Positions 46,148-55,307 of a stretch of 64,000 nt of DNA are shown one piece after another. The DNA comes from Magnetococcales bacterium (GTDB lineage Bacteria; Pseudomonadota; Magnetococcia; Magnetococcales; JADGAQ01): contig JADGAQ010000002.1 in the NCBI GenBank assembly GCA_015231925.1, forward strand, positions 4,791 through 68,790. Direction: 5' to 3'. Below the pieces are notes generated by a model, which was given only the letters and a program-made list of their open reading frames with translations, did not search any database and was not told the DNA's origin. A program made the position numbers and the translations under genes. The stretch's first letter is position 1. Each line of letters opens with the position of its first letter.

Positions 46148-46978
46148 ATGACCGCGACCAATTTGATGGGAATCCTGGGCTTGATCGGCCTGATCGGAGG
46201 CATGTTTTGGATGTTGTTGCAGGAGTTGGGCAAGAGCCGCTCCCCTGCCCGCAGCGCTCCCCGCCGCGAGAGTTCTACACTGAAGGAAGTGGCATTACCA
46301 GTCACCCGTTTCGAAGGTCCCGCGCCGGACCCGACTCCGGTAACCATTGTCGACGAAGCTGTGGAAGCGCCTTCTTGCCGGGTGACGCCTCATTCGGTTT
46401 CGTCCGAACCGGTTCTGGTGGGGAATGGGGAATCTTCCGGGAAGCGTTGGCGTTATCCGCCGTGTCAGCCGTTTCCCTTGCCCGCCCTGCCGGAGAAGTT
46501 CGACAAGGTTTATCAGGCTCGCAGTTTGGGGGGTGAGCCCGGTGCTATTTACGAACTCAATCCGGTGACTCAGACCTGTAGCTGCGAGGATTTCAAGACG
46601 TTGCGGGCCGTCTTTCCCACGGGCGACGTGCGGCGGGTGTGTGCGCATATTGCCATGAAGTTTCAGCAGATTCGGGCGCGGGAGTTTTTCGATCCGTTGA
46701 CCTGGGCCATGGTATCGTCCAGCACCTTTTCGCGCCGGGATGCCTGTTATGCGCGACTGCCCGGCAAGGCAGGGGAGAGTGGAGTGGGTTACACGCCGGG
46801 GCTGGAGGTGGTCAATGTGTTGACCCGGAAGCGTCGCACGGTGGATGGTGCATCCCAGGATGCGACGGGGGATTATGCCTGGTTTTCTTATGACCTGGCG
46901 GCGGAGAAGTGGTTGGAAAAGGATCCCATGGCCGAGGAGTTGACGGGGGAGGTACGGCGCTATTTCGGCTTGGGCTGA
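46148..46978 (+). CDS. Membrane-anchored SWIM zinc-finger protein
   Basis: N-terminal TM (LMGILGLIGLIGGMFWMLL). SWIM CxCx(n)CxH motif: TCSCEDFKTLRAVFPTGDVRRVCAHI. ATG 46148 follows GAGGGAGAAG; the track start at 46088 is GTG. Confidence 0.6.
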   Translation: MTATNLMGILGLIGLIGGMFWMLLQELGKSRSPARSAPRRESSTLKEVALPVTRFEGPAPDPTPVTIVDEAVEAPSCRVTPHSVSSEPVLVGNGESSGKRWRYPPCQPFPLPALPEKFDKVYQARSLGGEPGAIYELNPVTQTCSCEDFKTLRAVFPTGDVRRVCAHIAMKFQQIRAREFFDPLTWAMVSSSTFSRRDACYARLPGKAGESGVGYTPGLEVVNVLTRKRRTVDGASQDATGDYAWFSYDLAAEKWLEKDPMAEELTGEVRRYFGLG

Positions 46979-46995
46979 TCATCTGTTCGGTGAAT

Positions 46996-47034
46996 ACGGG
47001 GTTCGGGGGGGGATTATCCCCTTCGGACCCCCGT
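46996..47034. repeat. Minimal terminal hairpin of the GC-rich repeat families
   Basis: ACGGGGTTCGGGGGGGG-ATTAT-CCCCTTCGGACCCCCGT: the two ends of the large palindromes joined with no cargo. Confidence 0.75.
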
Positions 47035-47057
47035 ATCTTTTGCCAAGGGATTCCGCT

Positions 47058-47657
47058 GTGGACAATCGGCTCGAAACGGATAGAGGCGTTATTTCGTACC
47101 GCTTGTGTCGTCATCCGCGCCGGCAGCGTATGGCTGTTGTGGTGACTGCTGCCGGAGAGGTGGAACTGCGGCTGCCGATGCGTTGTTCCCTGTTGCGGGC
47201 GCAAGGCTTTCTGGCCAGTCAGACCGAGTGGATTTTGGGGCGGTTGGCTGCGCTGCCCGAGCTGGAAACCCGATCTCCGCCGGTATTGACTTATTTGGGG
47301 CGTTCGGTACCTCAAGGCGGGTCTGACACGGAAGTCTGGTTGAAGGATCGGGCACGGCGGTATTTGCCGGCGCGGCTCTTTTTTCTGGCCCGGAAGCATG
47401 GTTTGGAGCCGCAGCGGGTGCAGGTCCGGGATCAACGCAGTCGTTGGGGGAGTTGTTCTTCTCGGGGCACTGTCAGTCTCAACTGGCGTTTGATTCAGTT
47501 GCCGCGACGATTGTCGGATGCGGTGCTGCTGCATGAGTTGGCCCATTTGGTTCATTTGAACCATGGTCCCGGGTTTCAACGGTGGTTGGATGGGGCGGAT
47601 CCGGGATGGCGGGCGCATCGGCGGGAGTTGCGCGGGCTGTGGAATGAGGTGAGGTGA
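47058..47657 (+). CDS. YgjP/DUF45-family (M48-like) zinc metallopeptidase
   Basis: HExxH in VLLHELAHLVHLNHGPGF, and SRWGSCSSRGTVSLNWRL, which is typical of DUF45. GTG 47058 follows AAGGGA; the track start at 47040 is TTG. Confidence 0.75.
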   Translation: MDNRLETDRGVISYRLCRHPRRQRMAVVVTAAGEVELRLPMRCSLLRAQGFLASQTEWILGRLAALPELETRSPPVLTYLGRSVPQGGSDTEVWLKDRARRYLPARLFFLARKHGLEPQRVQVRDQRSRWGSCSSRGTVSLNWRLIQLPRRLSDAVLLHELAHLVHLNHGPGFQRWLDGADPGWRAHRRELRGLWNEVR

Positions 47658-47710
47658 GGTGGGATGGGGTGAGGTGAGGTGAGGTGAGGTGAGGTGGGGT
47701 GGGGTGGGGT
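47646..47710 (+). repeat. G-rich pentanucleotide microsatellite
   Basis: (GAGGT)3-GGGAT-GGGGT-(GAGGT)5-(GGGGT)3. The stop codon of the DUF45 gene (47655-47657) lies inside the first block. Confidence 0.9.
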
Positions 47711-47725
47711 GATCTTTTCAGTCAT

Positions 47726-48241
47726 ACGGGGGTCCGGGGGGGATTATCCCCCCCGGCGGGGTTCGGGGCGGAGCCCCGAGGTGTTGCCGTTGCGGTCCGC
47801 TGCAGCCAATGAAATCCCAAAAGTCCCCACCCGCACCCAACGGATTTATCGCAGCGGACCGCGGGGGGGCAAGGGGGGGCCTCATCCCCCCCTCCTTGAA
47901 CCCGCCCCACGACGAGAAGCAGGGCCAACCCTCCGCATCGAGCCTCACGGCGAACGGCAACGGCGAACGGCAACGGATGGGGGGATGAGGCCCCCCCTTG
48001 CCCCCCCGCGGTCCGCTGCGTTTCTCAAGATCGCATTTGGAATCGGCTTTTTGTGCTTCCATTGGCTGCAGCGGACCGCAACGGCAACAGACACGGCAAC
48101 AGACACGGCAGCAGACACGGCAGCAGACACGGCAGCAGGCACGGCAGCAGACACGGCAGCAGACACGGCAACAGACACGGCAACACCTCGGGGCTCCGCC
48201 CCGAACCCCGCCGGGGGGGATAATCCCCCCCGGACCCCCGT
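47726..48241. repeat. Nested palindromic element, copy B
   Basis: Same termini as copy A (ACGGGGGTCCGGGGGGGATTATCCCCCC ... GGGGGGGATAATCCCCCCCGGACCCCCGT) and the same inner GGGGGCAAGGGGGGGCCTCATCCCCCC inverted pair. Confidence 0.85.
48081..48186 (+). repeat. 12-bp tandem repeat inside palindrome copy B
   Basis: ACGGCA[A/G]CAG[A/G]C in about 8.8 copies. Other copies of the element have only ACGTCAACGTCAAC or GTCGACGTGGCC at this position. Confidence 0.9.
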
Positions 48242-48247
48242 ATATCT

Positions 48248-49504
48248 TCAACAGCCCATCAGGCTCCGCAAACGCCACGCCTTGGCACTCCAGGACTCCT
48301 CCTTCACCACCTCCCGTCGCCCCTGCGCCAACCGCATCCCCTCCCCCCGCATCGTCGCCAACACCCGGACATAATCCTCCCCACTCCCCTCCCCCACCCA
48401 GGCGATATGCCCCTCGAAACGCCGCAACGACGGCACCCGCGTCGCCAACACCGGCAGACCCATGGCCAGATACTCCACCCCCTTCAAGGGATCACTGGCC
48501 ATGGTGAAAGCATTGAGCCGATACGGCACCCCCCCCGCCTGACAATGCCGCATAAACGCCGGAACCCGCTGCAACGCCACCGGCGCCAGAACATGCCACG
48601 GCATTCCCGAACCCGGTTGCAACCACGCCTTCACCTCTCCATCCAGATCCGGCGACAAACCTCCCAGAAAAACCCACTGCCACTCCGGTAACAGACAACT
48701 CGCCGCCCGAATCCCCTCCCAATCCAACCGCCCGGAAAGATGCCCCGCCACAAGAATCCGCGGTCGGGGAATCGCCGCCAACTCCTCCGGTTCCGGCCAG
48801 TCACGATCGGGATCAAAGAGATACTCGTCATAACCATTGCCCAGAACCGCAATGGGAACGCTCTGCCTCATCCGCATCAACAAACGCCCCGCCAACGTCT
48901 CACTGACGCAGACCACATGATCCACCCCCGCCAGAAGACGCCTCTCCAGCTCCAACTCCCCCGGAATGACATCGCCCTCCAACGTCACCGTATGGTCGTC
49001 AATGGCCAGATAAGCCTGCTGGGTCGCCTGCAGACGATTGAGCAGGGAACACTGCACAGGCATGTCGAAAAGCACGTTCCGCCTGCCCCGTACCGGTCCC
49101 AGCAAGGCATTGAGCTCCCGTAACAACAGATGCCGGTTCAACGCGCCGGCAAAAGCCCCGGCCACCGGCAACCGTTCGGGAAAATAGAGGGGGGTATAGA
49201 GCCAAGCCGCAGGAAACGACTCCAAGCGCTGCACACGGGAGGAAAAAGCCGGAAGACGACGATGTTTCAAAACACTGAACGGCGTGTTGACCACCACCAC
49301 CGGATCCTGCCCCGCCAGACGCATGGGCAACGCCCGGCGCAACGAAGAAGGCTTGGGGGCTTTGGTGGCAAAAAAAATCCATTGTACCTCGGAAGGAGCG
49401 CTCCCTTGAAATCCGGAGCGATCGGACCCACCCGATCCATTCATGTCCTTCACCCGTTCGAGCCGCTTCGGAGGAGAACCCCTCCGGTTCTTTCCGAGTG
49501 TCAA
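48248..49504 (-). CDS. Putative GT-B-fold glycosyltransferase
   Basis: C-terminal half resembles the GT1/GT4 family (ILVAGHLSGRLDW...GVEYLAMGLPVLATRVPSL). Start is uncertain (49504 or 49444). Confidence 0.5.
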   Translation of the reverse strand: MTLGKNRRGSPPKRLERVKDMNGSGGSDRSGFQGSAPSEVQWIFFATKAPKPSSLRRALPMRLAGQDPVVVVNTPFSVLKHRRLPAFSSRVQRLESFPAAWLYTPLYFPERLPVAGAFAGALNRHLLLRELNALLGPVRGRRNVLFDMPVQCSLLNRLQATQQAYLAIDDHTVTLEGDVIPGELELERRLLAGVDHVVCVSETLAGRLLMRMRQSVPIAVLGNGYDEYLFDPDRDWPEPEELAAIPRPRILVAGHLSGRLDWEGIRAASCLLPEWQWVFLGGLSPDLDGEVKAWLQPGSGMPWHVLAPVALQRVPAFMRHCQAGGVPYRLNAFTMASDPLKGVEYLAMGLPVLATRVPSLRRFEGHIAWVGEGSGEDYVRVLATMRGEGMRLAQGRREVVKEESWSAKAWRLRSLMGC

Positions 49505-49558
49505 GGATGCCGGTATGCGACGATGCGCAGGAGAAACGGCCCCTCGTATCCTTGAAAT

Positions 49559-50176
49559 TCAAAGCGGTGACGGCGCACGAGGCCGTTTTTTCTCCTGCTC
49601 CTCTTCCTCACGATCTTTACGATATCCACGCCACTTCTGGATAGCCCAAATCAAAACACCGATACCAACAAAGATACCAAGTACATACATCTGAGCATGT
49701 TCGGCTTCGCCGATGAATTGTTCGATGCTGCGACCGAACCAGTATCCCGCCGTGCCGAAGCTGATGGCCCAAACCGCCGCCGCCAGAAAATTGAGCAGGA
49801 AAAAGCGATAGGTGGGCACCCGGCTCATGCCGACGGCGAAGGGTGTGACGTTGCGCACCCCGTAGACGAAGCGAAAGGAGAGGATGAACCAGGTATCGTA
49901 CTTGTTGAGCAGATACAACACCAAGGTAATACGACGACGCCATTGTCGCGAGCGGTTGGGCATGAGCTTGCGCCCGAAACGACGGCCCAGGAAAAAGTAG
50001 AGCTGGTCTCCGGAAAAGGTGCCGCCAAACGCGGAGAGGATGCACAGGGGCAGAGAGAGCCAACCGAGGCTTGCGGCATAGCCCGCTACCAACAGAATGG
50101 TCTCTCCTTCCAGAAAGGTGCCGATGAAAAGCACCCAATAACCATATTCTTCCAGAATTTTCAGTAAAGTATCCAA
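49559..50176 (-). CDS. dedA: DedA/SNARE-associated family membrane protein
   Basis: EEYGYWVLFIGTFLEGETILLVAGYAA...FVYGVRNVTPFAVGMS. Confidence 0.85.
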   Translation of the reverse strand: MDTLLKILEEYGYWVLFIGTFLEGETILLVAGYAASLGWLSLPLCILSAFGGTFSGDQLYFFLGRRFGRKLMPNRSRQWRRRITLVLYLLNKYDTWFILSFRFVYGVRNVTPFAVGMSRVPTYRFFLLNFLAAAVWAISFGTAGYWFGRSIEQFIGEAEHAQMYVLGIFVGIGVLIWAIQKWRGYRKDREEEEQEKKRPRAPSPL

Positions 50177-50566
50177 GAAACTCCTCCCCGCTTCCTGCGA
50201 TCAACAGCTTATCCGCCTGCCATGGCGCGTCCCGGGACAAATCCATGCCATGCGTGTCCGGCTTGAAGCTTTGGTATATACCATAATGCGGCATTTTTCG
50301 AGTGGCATCGGTGTTCCGTTTCGTCAAGAACCGGATGCCCGCAATCGTGTCGTCAGAGGAATACACCGGTCCCTGCAAGGGAATGTTCCCCTCCGCATGC
50401 CCCGTTCCCGGTTGGGCTATCTTGCGGAGAAGTATCCGGTACCCTGAAGCGGTACTCACTACGGACTTTTTGGGAAGCACCCGCTAATCTTCTGGCACTT
50501 TTCAGGTGAAATCGTCATAATTGCCGTGTCGCGCCGCAAGGAAATGCACCACAACGGGGGAGGGAA

Positions 50567-51526
50567 ATGCGACGACTTCGCGTCCTGCCGCACGCCGTGC
50601 GACTCGTTTGTTGTCTCCTCATGCTCCTGGTCCACTCCAACGGAGCAAAAGCCGAGATTCCGGAAACCGTCCTGCCCCGTTCCGCCCGGCTGGTGGTGGC
50701 CCAAATCGGCAACAACCCCCTTAAGTACCATGCCCAACTGGCTCCCCTGGTCGCTTACGTGGCTGATCGCATGGCCGACCTCGGCATCCGCCGGGGGGAA
50801 GTGGTGGTGGCCCGGAACCTGACCGAACTCAGCCGGAAGCTGGCCGCCGGCGAAGTGGACTGGTGCAATGCCACCATCCACGCCGCCTTCTCCCTCGAAG
50901 CCGACGGGTTGGCCGAACCCTTCCTGCTGCGCCATAAACAGGGCGTTTCTCTCTACAAGACCGTCTTCGTCAGTCGCGCCGAGGAGCCCCTCTCTTCGCT
51001 GGCCGATCTCCGGACGAAACGTATCGCCTTCGGCGAGACCGATTCCACCTCCTCCTTTCATCTGCCGAGCGCACTGGCGGTCGAAGCGGGTCTGGCGCTT
51101 TTTCCCCTGCAGCAGCCGGAACAAGCCGTGCCGCCTGCCAAAACCGGCTACCTCTTCGCCGGCACACCCCTCAATCAGGCGACCTGGGTGGTGCGCGGTC
51201 TCGCCGACGCGGCCGCGTTCAGCAATCTGGACTGGGAAACGCCTCAGTCCGTCCCCCCCGTCTTGCGGGACCGGCTGAAAATGTTCCACGTCTCCCAACC
51301 CGTGCCTCGCGCCCTGGAGCTGGTATCCCCCGCACTGGATGCCCGCCTCCGGGACCGCTTGCGGGAGATTCTCCTGAACGCCCCCGCCGACCCGGAGGGA
51401 CGCCTGGCTTTGGAGGCCTATCAACAAACCAGCGGCTTCGCAACCATTTCGGATGAGCAGAAAGAGCTTCTCTCGAAGGCGCGGGCCCTGCTGAAGCGAA
51501 CTCCCATCCCTCAGGGGCAGCCATGA
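50567..51526 (+). CDS. PhnD-like periplasmic substrate-binding protein
   Basis: Signal peptide followed by a Phosphonate-bd-like fold ([25 protein letters not shown]...). ATGA overlap with the downstream kinase gene. Confidence 0.65.
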   Translation: MRRLRVLPHAVRLVCCLLMLLVHSNGAKAEIPETVLPRSARLVVAQIGNNPLKYHAQLAPLVAYVADRMADLGIRRGEVVVARNLTELSRKLAAGEVDWCNATIHAAFSLEADGLAEPFLLRHKQGVSLYKTVFVSRAEEPLSSLADLRTKRIAFGETDSTSSFHLPSALAVEAGLALFPLQQPEQAVPPAKTGYLFAGTPLNQATWVVRGLADAAAFSNLDWETPQSVPPVLRDRLKMFHVSQPVPRALELVSPALDARLRDRLREILLNAPADPEGRLALEAYQQTSGFATISDEQKELLSKARALLKRTPIPQGQP

Positions 51527-54327
51527 ATCTGCGTAACCGCTACATTCTGGTCATACTGGGAGCCATCGTTCTGGTTTCCGCCACCCTCGGAGGCCTGCTG
51601 CTGCACCAGTTCCGCGCCGCCGTCCAACAGGAGACCCACGCCGGACGGGAGGTGGTCGCACCGCTTCTCGAAAGCGAGTTGCGCCAAAAAGGGGAGTTCT
51701 TCACCCGGCTGCTGGCCAACCTGTTGGTCAACCCCGTCTACCGGCTCGACATGGAGGCTATCGGTCAGCTTCTGGAAGAGGCCCTGCGTCAACCCGATGT
51801 CCGTCTGGTTCAGGTGGTGGATCCGGAAGGAAAACTCCTGCATGACGGCAACCGCACCCTGCCCGATTACGGCAAGCCGATTCTGACTCCCGAAGCCGTC
51901 ACTTCTCTGGCGACCTCGTCCGCTCCGACCGTGCGGAAAGAGCAGCACCTGGAAATCGTCATGCCGATCCTCATGGGCGGGCAGCTTATCGGCGGCGTGC
52001 GCATCCATTTCACCCTGGAGCGACTGAACGAACAGGTGCAGACCCTGAGCAACCGCATGATGGCCATCCACCACGAAGGTGAGGAACACAGCGTGCGGGT
52101 GGCCCTTTTTCTGATTGCCGGCCTGATCAGTCTGGGCATGATCCTGGCCATCACCGCCGCCAACAGTCTGATCCGGCCCATTCTGGCCCTGACCCGGCAG
52201 GCAGGCCGCCTGGGACAAGGGGAGATGGAACAACCCATCATTCTGCAGCGCGGTGATGAACTGGGCATGCTGGGAGCCGCCCTTGAAACCATGCGCCGGG
52301 ATCTGCTCGAATCCAATCGCAAGATCAGCCAGCAAATGGAGGCCCTGCTGGCCAGTCAGCTCGCGGAAGCGCATTCCCAACACCAGAAAGAGCTCGCGGA
52401 AGCGGCCAATCGGGCCAAAAGCGCTTTTCTGGCCACCATGAGCCATGAAATCCGCTCTCCGATGAACGCCATCATCGGCATGACCGATCTGGTTCTCGAT
52501 TCGGAACTGGACGCCGAACAACGCCATTATCTGCTGGTGGTGCAACAGGCTTCGGAGGCGCTGCTCTCCCTGATCAACAGCATTCTGGACCTCTCCAAGA
52601 TCGAGGCGGGCCGGCTGGAGCTGGAAGATGTCGAATTCTCCCTGCAGGAGGTCATGGAACAGGTTTGTCTGACCCTGGCGGTCAAGGCTCACCAGAAGGG
52701 ATTGGAGCTGCTGCTGGATGTTTCCCCCGAGGTGCCGAGGCTGCTGACCGGGGATCCGTTGCGCCTGCGCCAGATTCTGGTCAACCTGGTGGGCAACGCC
52801 ATCAAGTTCACCGACACGGGCCACGTTCTGGTCGAGGTTCGCCTCTCCAGTCAGGAGAAAGCGGTTGCACACAAAGCCCTGCTGCATTTCACCGTTTGCG
52901 ATACCGGTATCGGCATTCCCGCCAACCGGCTCGACGCGGTCTTCGACAGCTTTTCCCAGGCCGATCACTCCATCAGTCGACGCTACGGCGGCACCGGTCT
53001 CGGTCTGACCATCTCCCGGCAACTGGCGGTCCACATGAAGGGCGCCATGTGGGTGGAAAGCACCGTGGGCGAAGGCAGCCGCTTTCATTTCACCGCGCTT
53101 CTGGGATCTCCCGAAACGGTCGAAAACCAGTCTCCGGAGATGATCGTTCTGGCGGGATACCGCATGTTGGTCGCGGAACGCCACGCCACGGCGCGTCATC
53201 TGCTGTGCCACCCCTTGCGGATCTGGGGTGCGGAGGTGACGGAGGTGGATTGCGCAGCGGCCTTGCACAACACCCTGCTGGAGGCCCGGCAGAAAGGAGG
53301 GGATTTTCATCTGCTGCTGCTGGACGCCCCGATGCTGCAGGATGCGGACGAAGCCCTGGCCCTGGCGCTGTGTGCCCTGGGACCCTTTCAGCCCACCCTG
53401 CTTCTCTCCCCGGTGGGGGAGAAGCAGCGGGAGGGGAATCCCCTCTGCACCGCTCTCGACGTGCGGGGTCGTCTGGTGAAACCCCTGTTGCGCAGCCATC
53501 TGGTGCAGGCTCTGGCCACCGCCTTGAAACTGGGCGATTCCGGTGAAGAACCCGCTTCCCGGAAAGAAACGGTCTGCGAAAGCCGCCATCTGTTGTTGGT
53601 GGAAGATCGGCCCGATCACCGCCAGTTGGCTCTGGCCATTCTGAGCCGCGCGGGACATCGGGTCGAGGTGGTGGATAACGGTCGTGAGGCCCTGGAGTGG
53701 CTGGCCGGCCACCGTTGTCAGCTCATCCTCTCGGATGTCAACATGCCGGAAGTCGATGGGCTGGAGCTGGTGCGCGCCATCCGGCAGGGCAAGGTGGCCG
53801 GGGTACCCCGCGATTTTCCGCTGCTGGCCATCACCGCCTGCGCCTTGCAGGAGGATCGGGAACGCTGCCGGGAGGCGGGCTTCAGCGATTTCCTGGCCAA
53901 ACCCTATCACCCCGAGGAGCTGCTGCAGCGTGTCGATCAACTGGCCCGAGAAAAAGAGGGGGGCGCCCCCTTCCCGGAACGGGTTGATACGCCGGTTCTT
54001 TCCCCTCCCCCCGGCCAGGAAAGTCCGTCCATGGCCATGGCGCGCCGCACCTTTTCCCGAAAGGCCGGGGAGATTCTGCACGCCCTGGATCAGGTTCCCG
54101 CCCATGCCGAATCCCAGGGAGTGGAACATCTGGCCCTGCGCCTGAAAGAACTGGCTGTCGCCGTCGGCGCACCCCAATTGCGGCAGGAAGCCTTCCGACT
54201 GGTCATGGCCGCCCGAAAATTCCATCCGGAGGCGTTGCACGCACACGCAAAAACGTTGCACGGCATGGTGCAAAAAGTGGAAAATCACCTGGCATCGGGA
54301 CCCGCTGCCACTGACCTGTACGGCTAG
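51523..54327 (+). CDS. Hybrid sensor histidine kinase (TM-sensor-HAMP-HisKA-HATPase-pseudoREC-REC-Hpt-like)
   Basis: H-box [21 protein letters not shown]-box [16 protein letters not shown], and receiver [13 protein letters not shown]...[13 protein letters not shown]. Confidence 0.88.
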   Translation: MNLRNRYILVILGAIVLVSATLGGLLLHQFRAAVQQETHAGREVVAPLLESELRQKGEFFTRLLANLLVNPVYRLDMEAIGQLLEEALRQPDVRLVQVVDPEGKLLHDGNRTLPDYGKPILTPEAVTSLATSSAPTVRKEQHLEIVMPILMGGQLIGGVRIHFTLERLNEQVQTLSNRMMAIHHEGEEHSVRVALFLIAGLISLGMILAITAANSLIRPILALTRQAGRLGQGEMEQPIILQRGDELGMLGAALETMRRDLLESNRKISQQMEALLASQLAEAHSQHQKELAEAANRAKSAFLATMSHEIRSPMNAIIGMTDLVLDSELDAEQRHYLLVVQQASEALLSLINSILDLSKIEAGRLELEDVEFSLQEVMEQVCLTLAVKAHQKGLELLLDVSPEVPRLLTGDPLRLRQILVNLVGNAIKFTDTGHVLVEVRLSSQEKAVAHKALLHFTVCDTGIGIPANRLDAVFDSFSQADHSISRRYGGTGLGLTISRQLAVHMKGAMWVESTVGEGSRFHFTALLGSPETVENQSPEMIVLAGYRMLVAERHATARHLLCHPLRIWGAEVTEVDCAAALHNTLLEARQKGGDFHLLLLDAPMLQDADEALALALCALGPFQPTLLLSPVGEKQREGNPLCTALDVRGRLVKPLLRSHLVQALATALKLGDSGEEPASRKETVCESRHLLLVEDRPDHRQLALAILSRAGHRVEVVDNGREALEWLAGHRCQLILSDVNMPEVDGLELVRAIRQGKVAGVPRDFPLLAITACALQEDRERCREAGFSDFLAKPYHPEELLQRVDQLAREKEGGAPFPERVDTPVLSPPPGQESPSMAMARRTFSRKAGEILHALDQVPAHAESQGVEHLALRLKELAVAVGAPQLRQEAFRLVMAARKFHPEALHAHAKTLHGMVQKVENHLASGPAATDLYG

Positions 54328-54344
54328 AGAAGAAAGACTCCTGC

Positions 54345-54743
54345 ATGAAAATCATGATTGCCGACGATGAACTCAACAATCGCATTCTGTTGGAACGCAT
54401 CCTCTCTCCTTACGGAGAGTGCGATTTCGTCATCAATGGCCGTGAGGCCATCGAGGCCTTCGAACTGGCCATGATGGACAACAAGCCTTACGATCTGATC
54501 TGCCTCGACATCATGATGCCCGAGGTGGATGGACAGGAGGCGCTGAAAACCATGCGCGACATGGAGCGCGGGGGACGCCCCGACGGCAAGGAGACCATCA
54601 TTTTCATGGTTTCCGCCCTCGACACCGAAGAGCAGGTGGTCAAGGCCTTCTTCCGAGGGGGGTGTTCCGATTATCTGGCCAAGCCGATCACCCGGGACAA
54701 GGTGTTGGACAAACTGCGGCAGTATCGTCTCATTCCGGAATGA
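54345..54743 (+). CDS. Single-domain CheY-like response regulator
   Basis: 132 aa; MKIMIADDELNNRILLERIL...DLICLDIMMPEVDG...DYLAKP. Confidence 0.88.
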   Translation: MKIMIADDELNNRILLERILSPYGECDFVINGREAIEAFELAMMDNKPYDLICLDIMMPEVDGQEALKTMRDMERGGRPDGKETIIFMVSALDTEEQVVKAFFRGGCSDYLAKPITRDKVLDKLRQYRLIPE

Positions 54744-54759
54744 TTCCGCGAGAGGGAAT

Positions 54760-55209
54760 ACGGGGGGCCGGGGGGATTATCCCACCGGCGGGGGCCGGGG
54801 CGAAGCCCGGGGAGTTGACGTAGCCTTCGGCGGGTCGATGCCAAAAGGTTGAATATATGGTTTCGAGCCACCTTTAAACTAAAGTAATACATCGACCCAC
54901 CGGAGGGACCAGGGGAGGGACTCATCCTCCCCATCCTAAAGGTACCGACACGATACAGCCGGGGCTGTTCAAACGAGGAAATGACTCTGGAAACAACCCC
55001 GAACCAAGGCGGAATGGGCACTTCCCAAAAAGATGGGGAGGATGAAGCCCTCCCCTGGCCCCCTGCGGCGGGTTGAAGCGTTTACCAAGATCGTGCGAGG
55101 GATCGGGTTGGTGCGCTTTCCTCCAGGGCTTCGACCCGCTACGTCAACGTCAACACCTCGGGGCTCCGCCCCGAACCCGCCGGGGGGATAATCGCCCCCG
55201 GACCCCCGT
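54760..55209. repeat. Nested palindromic element, copy C
   Basis: ACGGGGGGCCGGGGGGATTATCCCACC ... GGGGGGATAATCGCCCCCGGACCCCCGT, with the inner pair GGGGAGGGACTCATCCTCCCC / GGGGAGGATGAAGCCCTCCCC. Confidence 0.8.
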
Positions 55210-55307
55210 AATACTTGCAAGATGTCGCCCTGGACCACGGTCTTCTTGCCATTTTAGCGCGATTGTTGCAAATTGTTCACTTCCTGTCACCGTGACCCGG
55301 GTAGACC

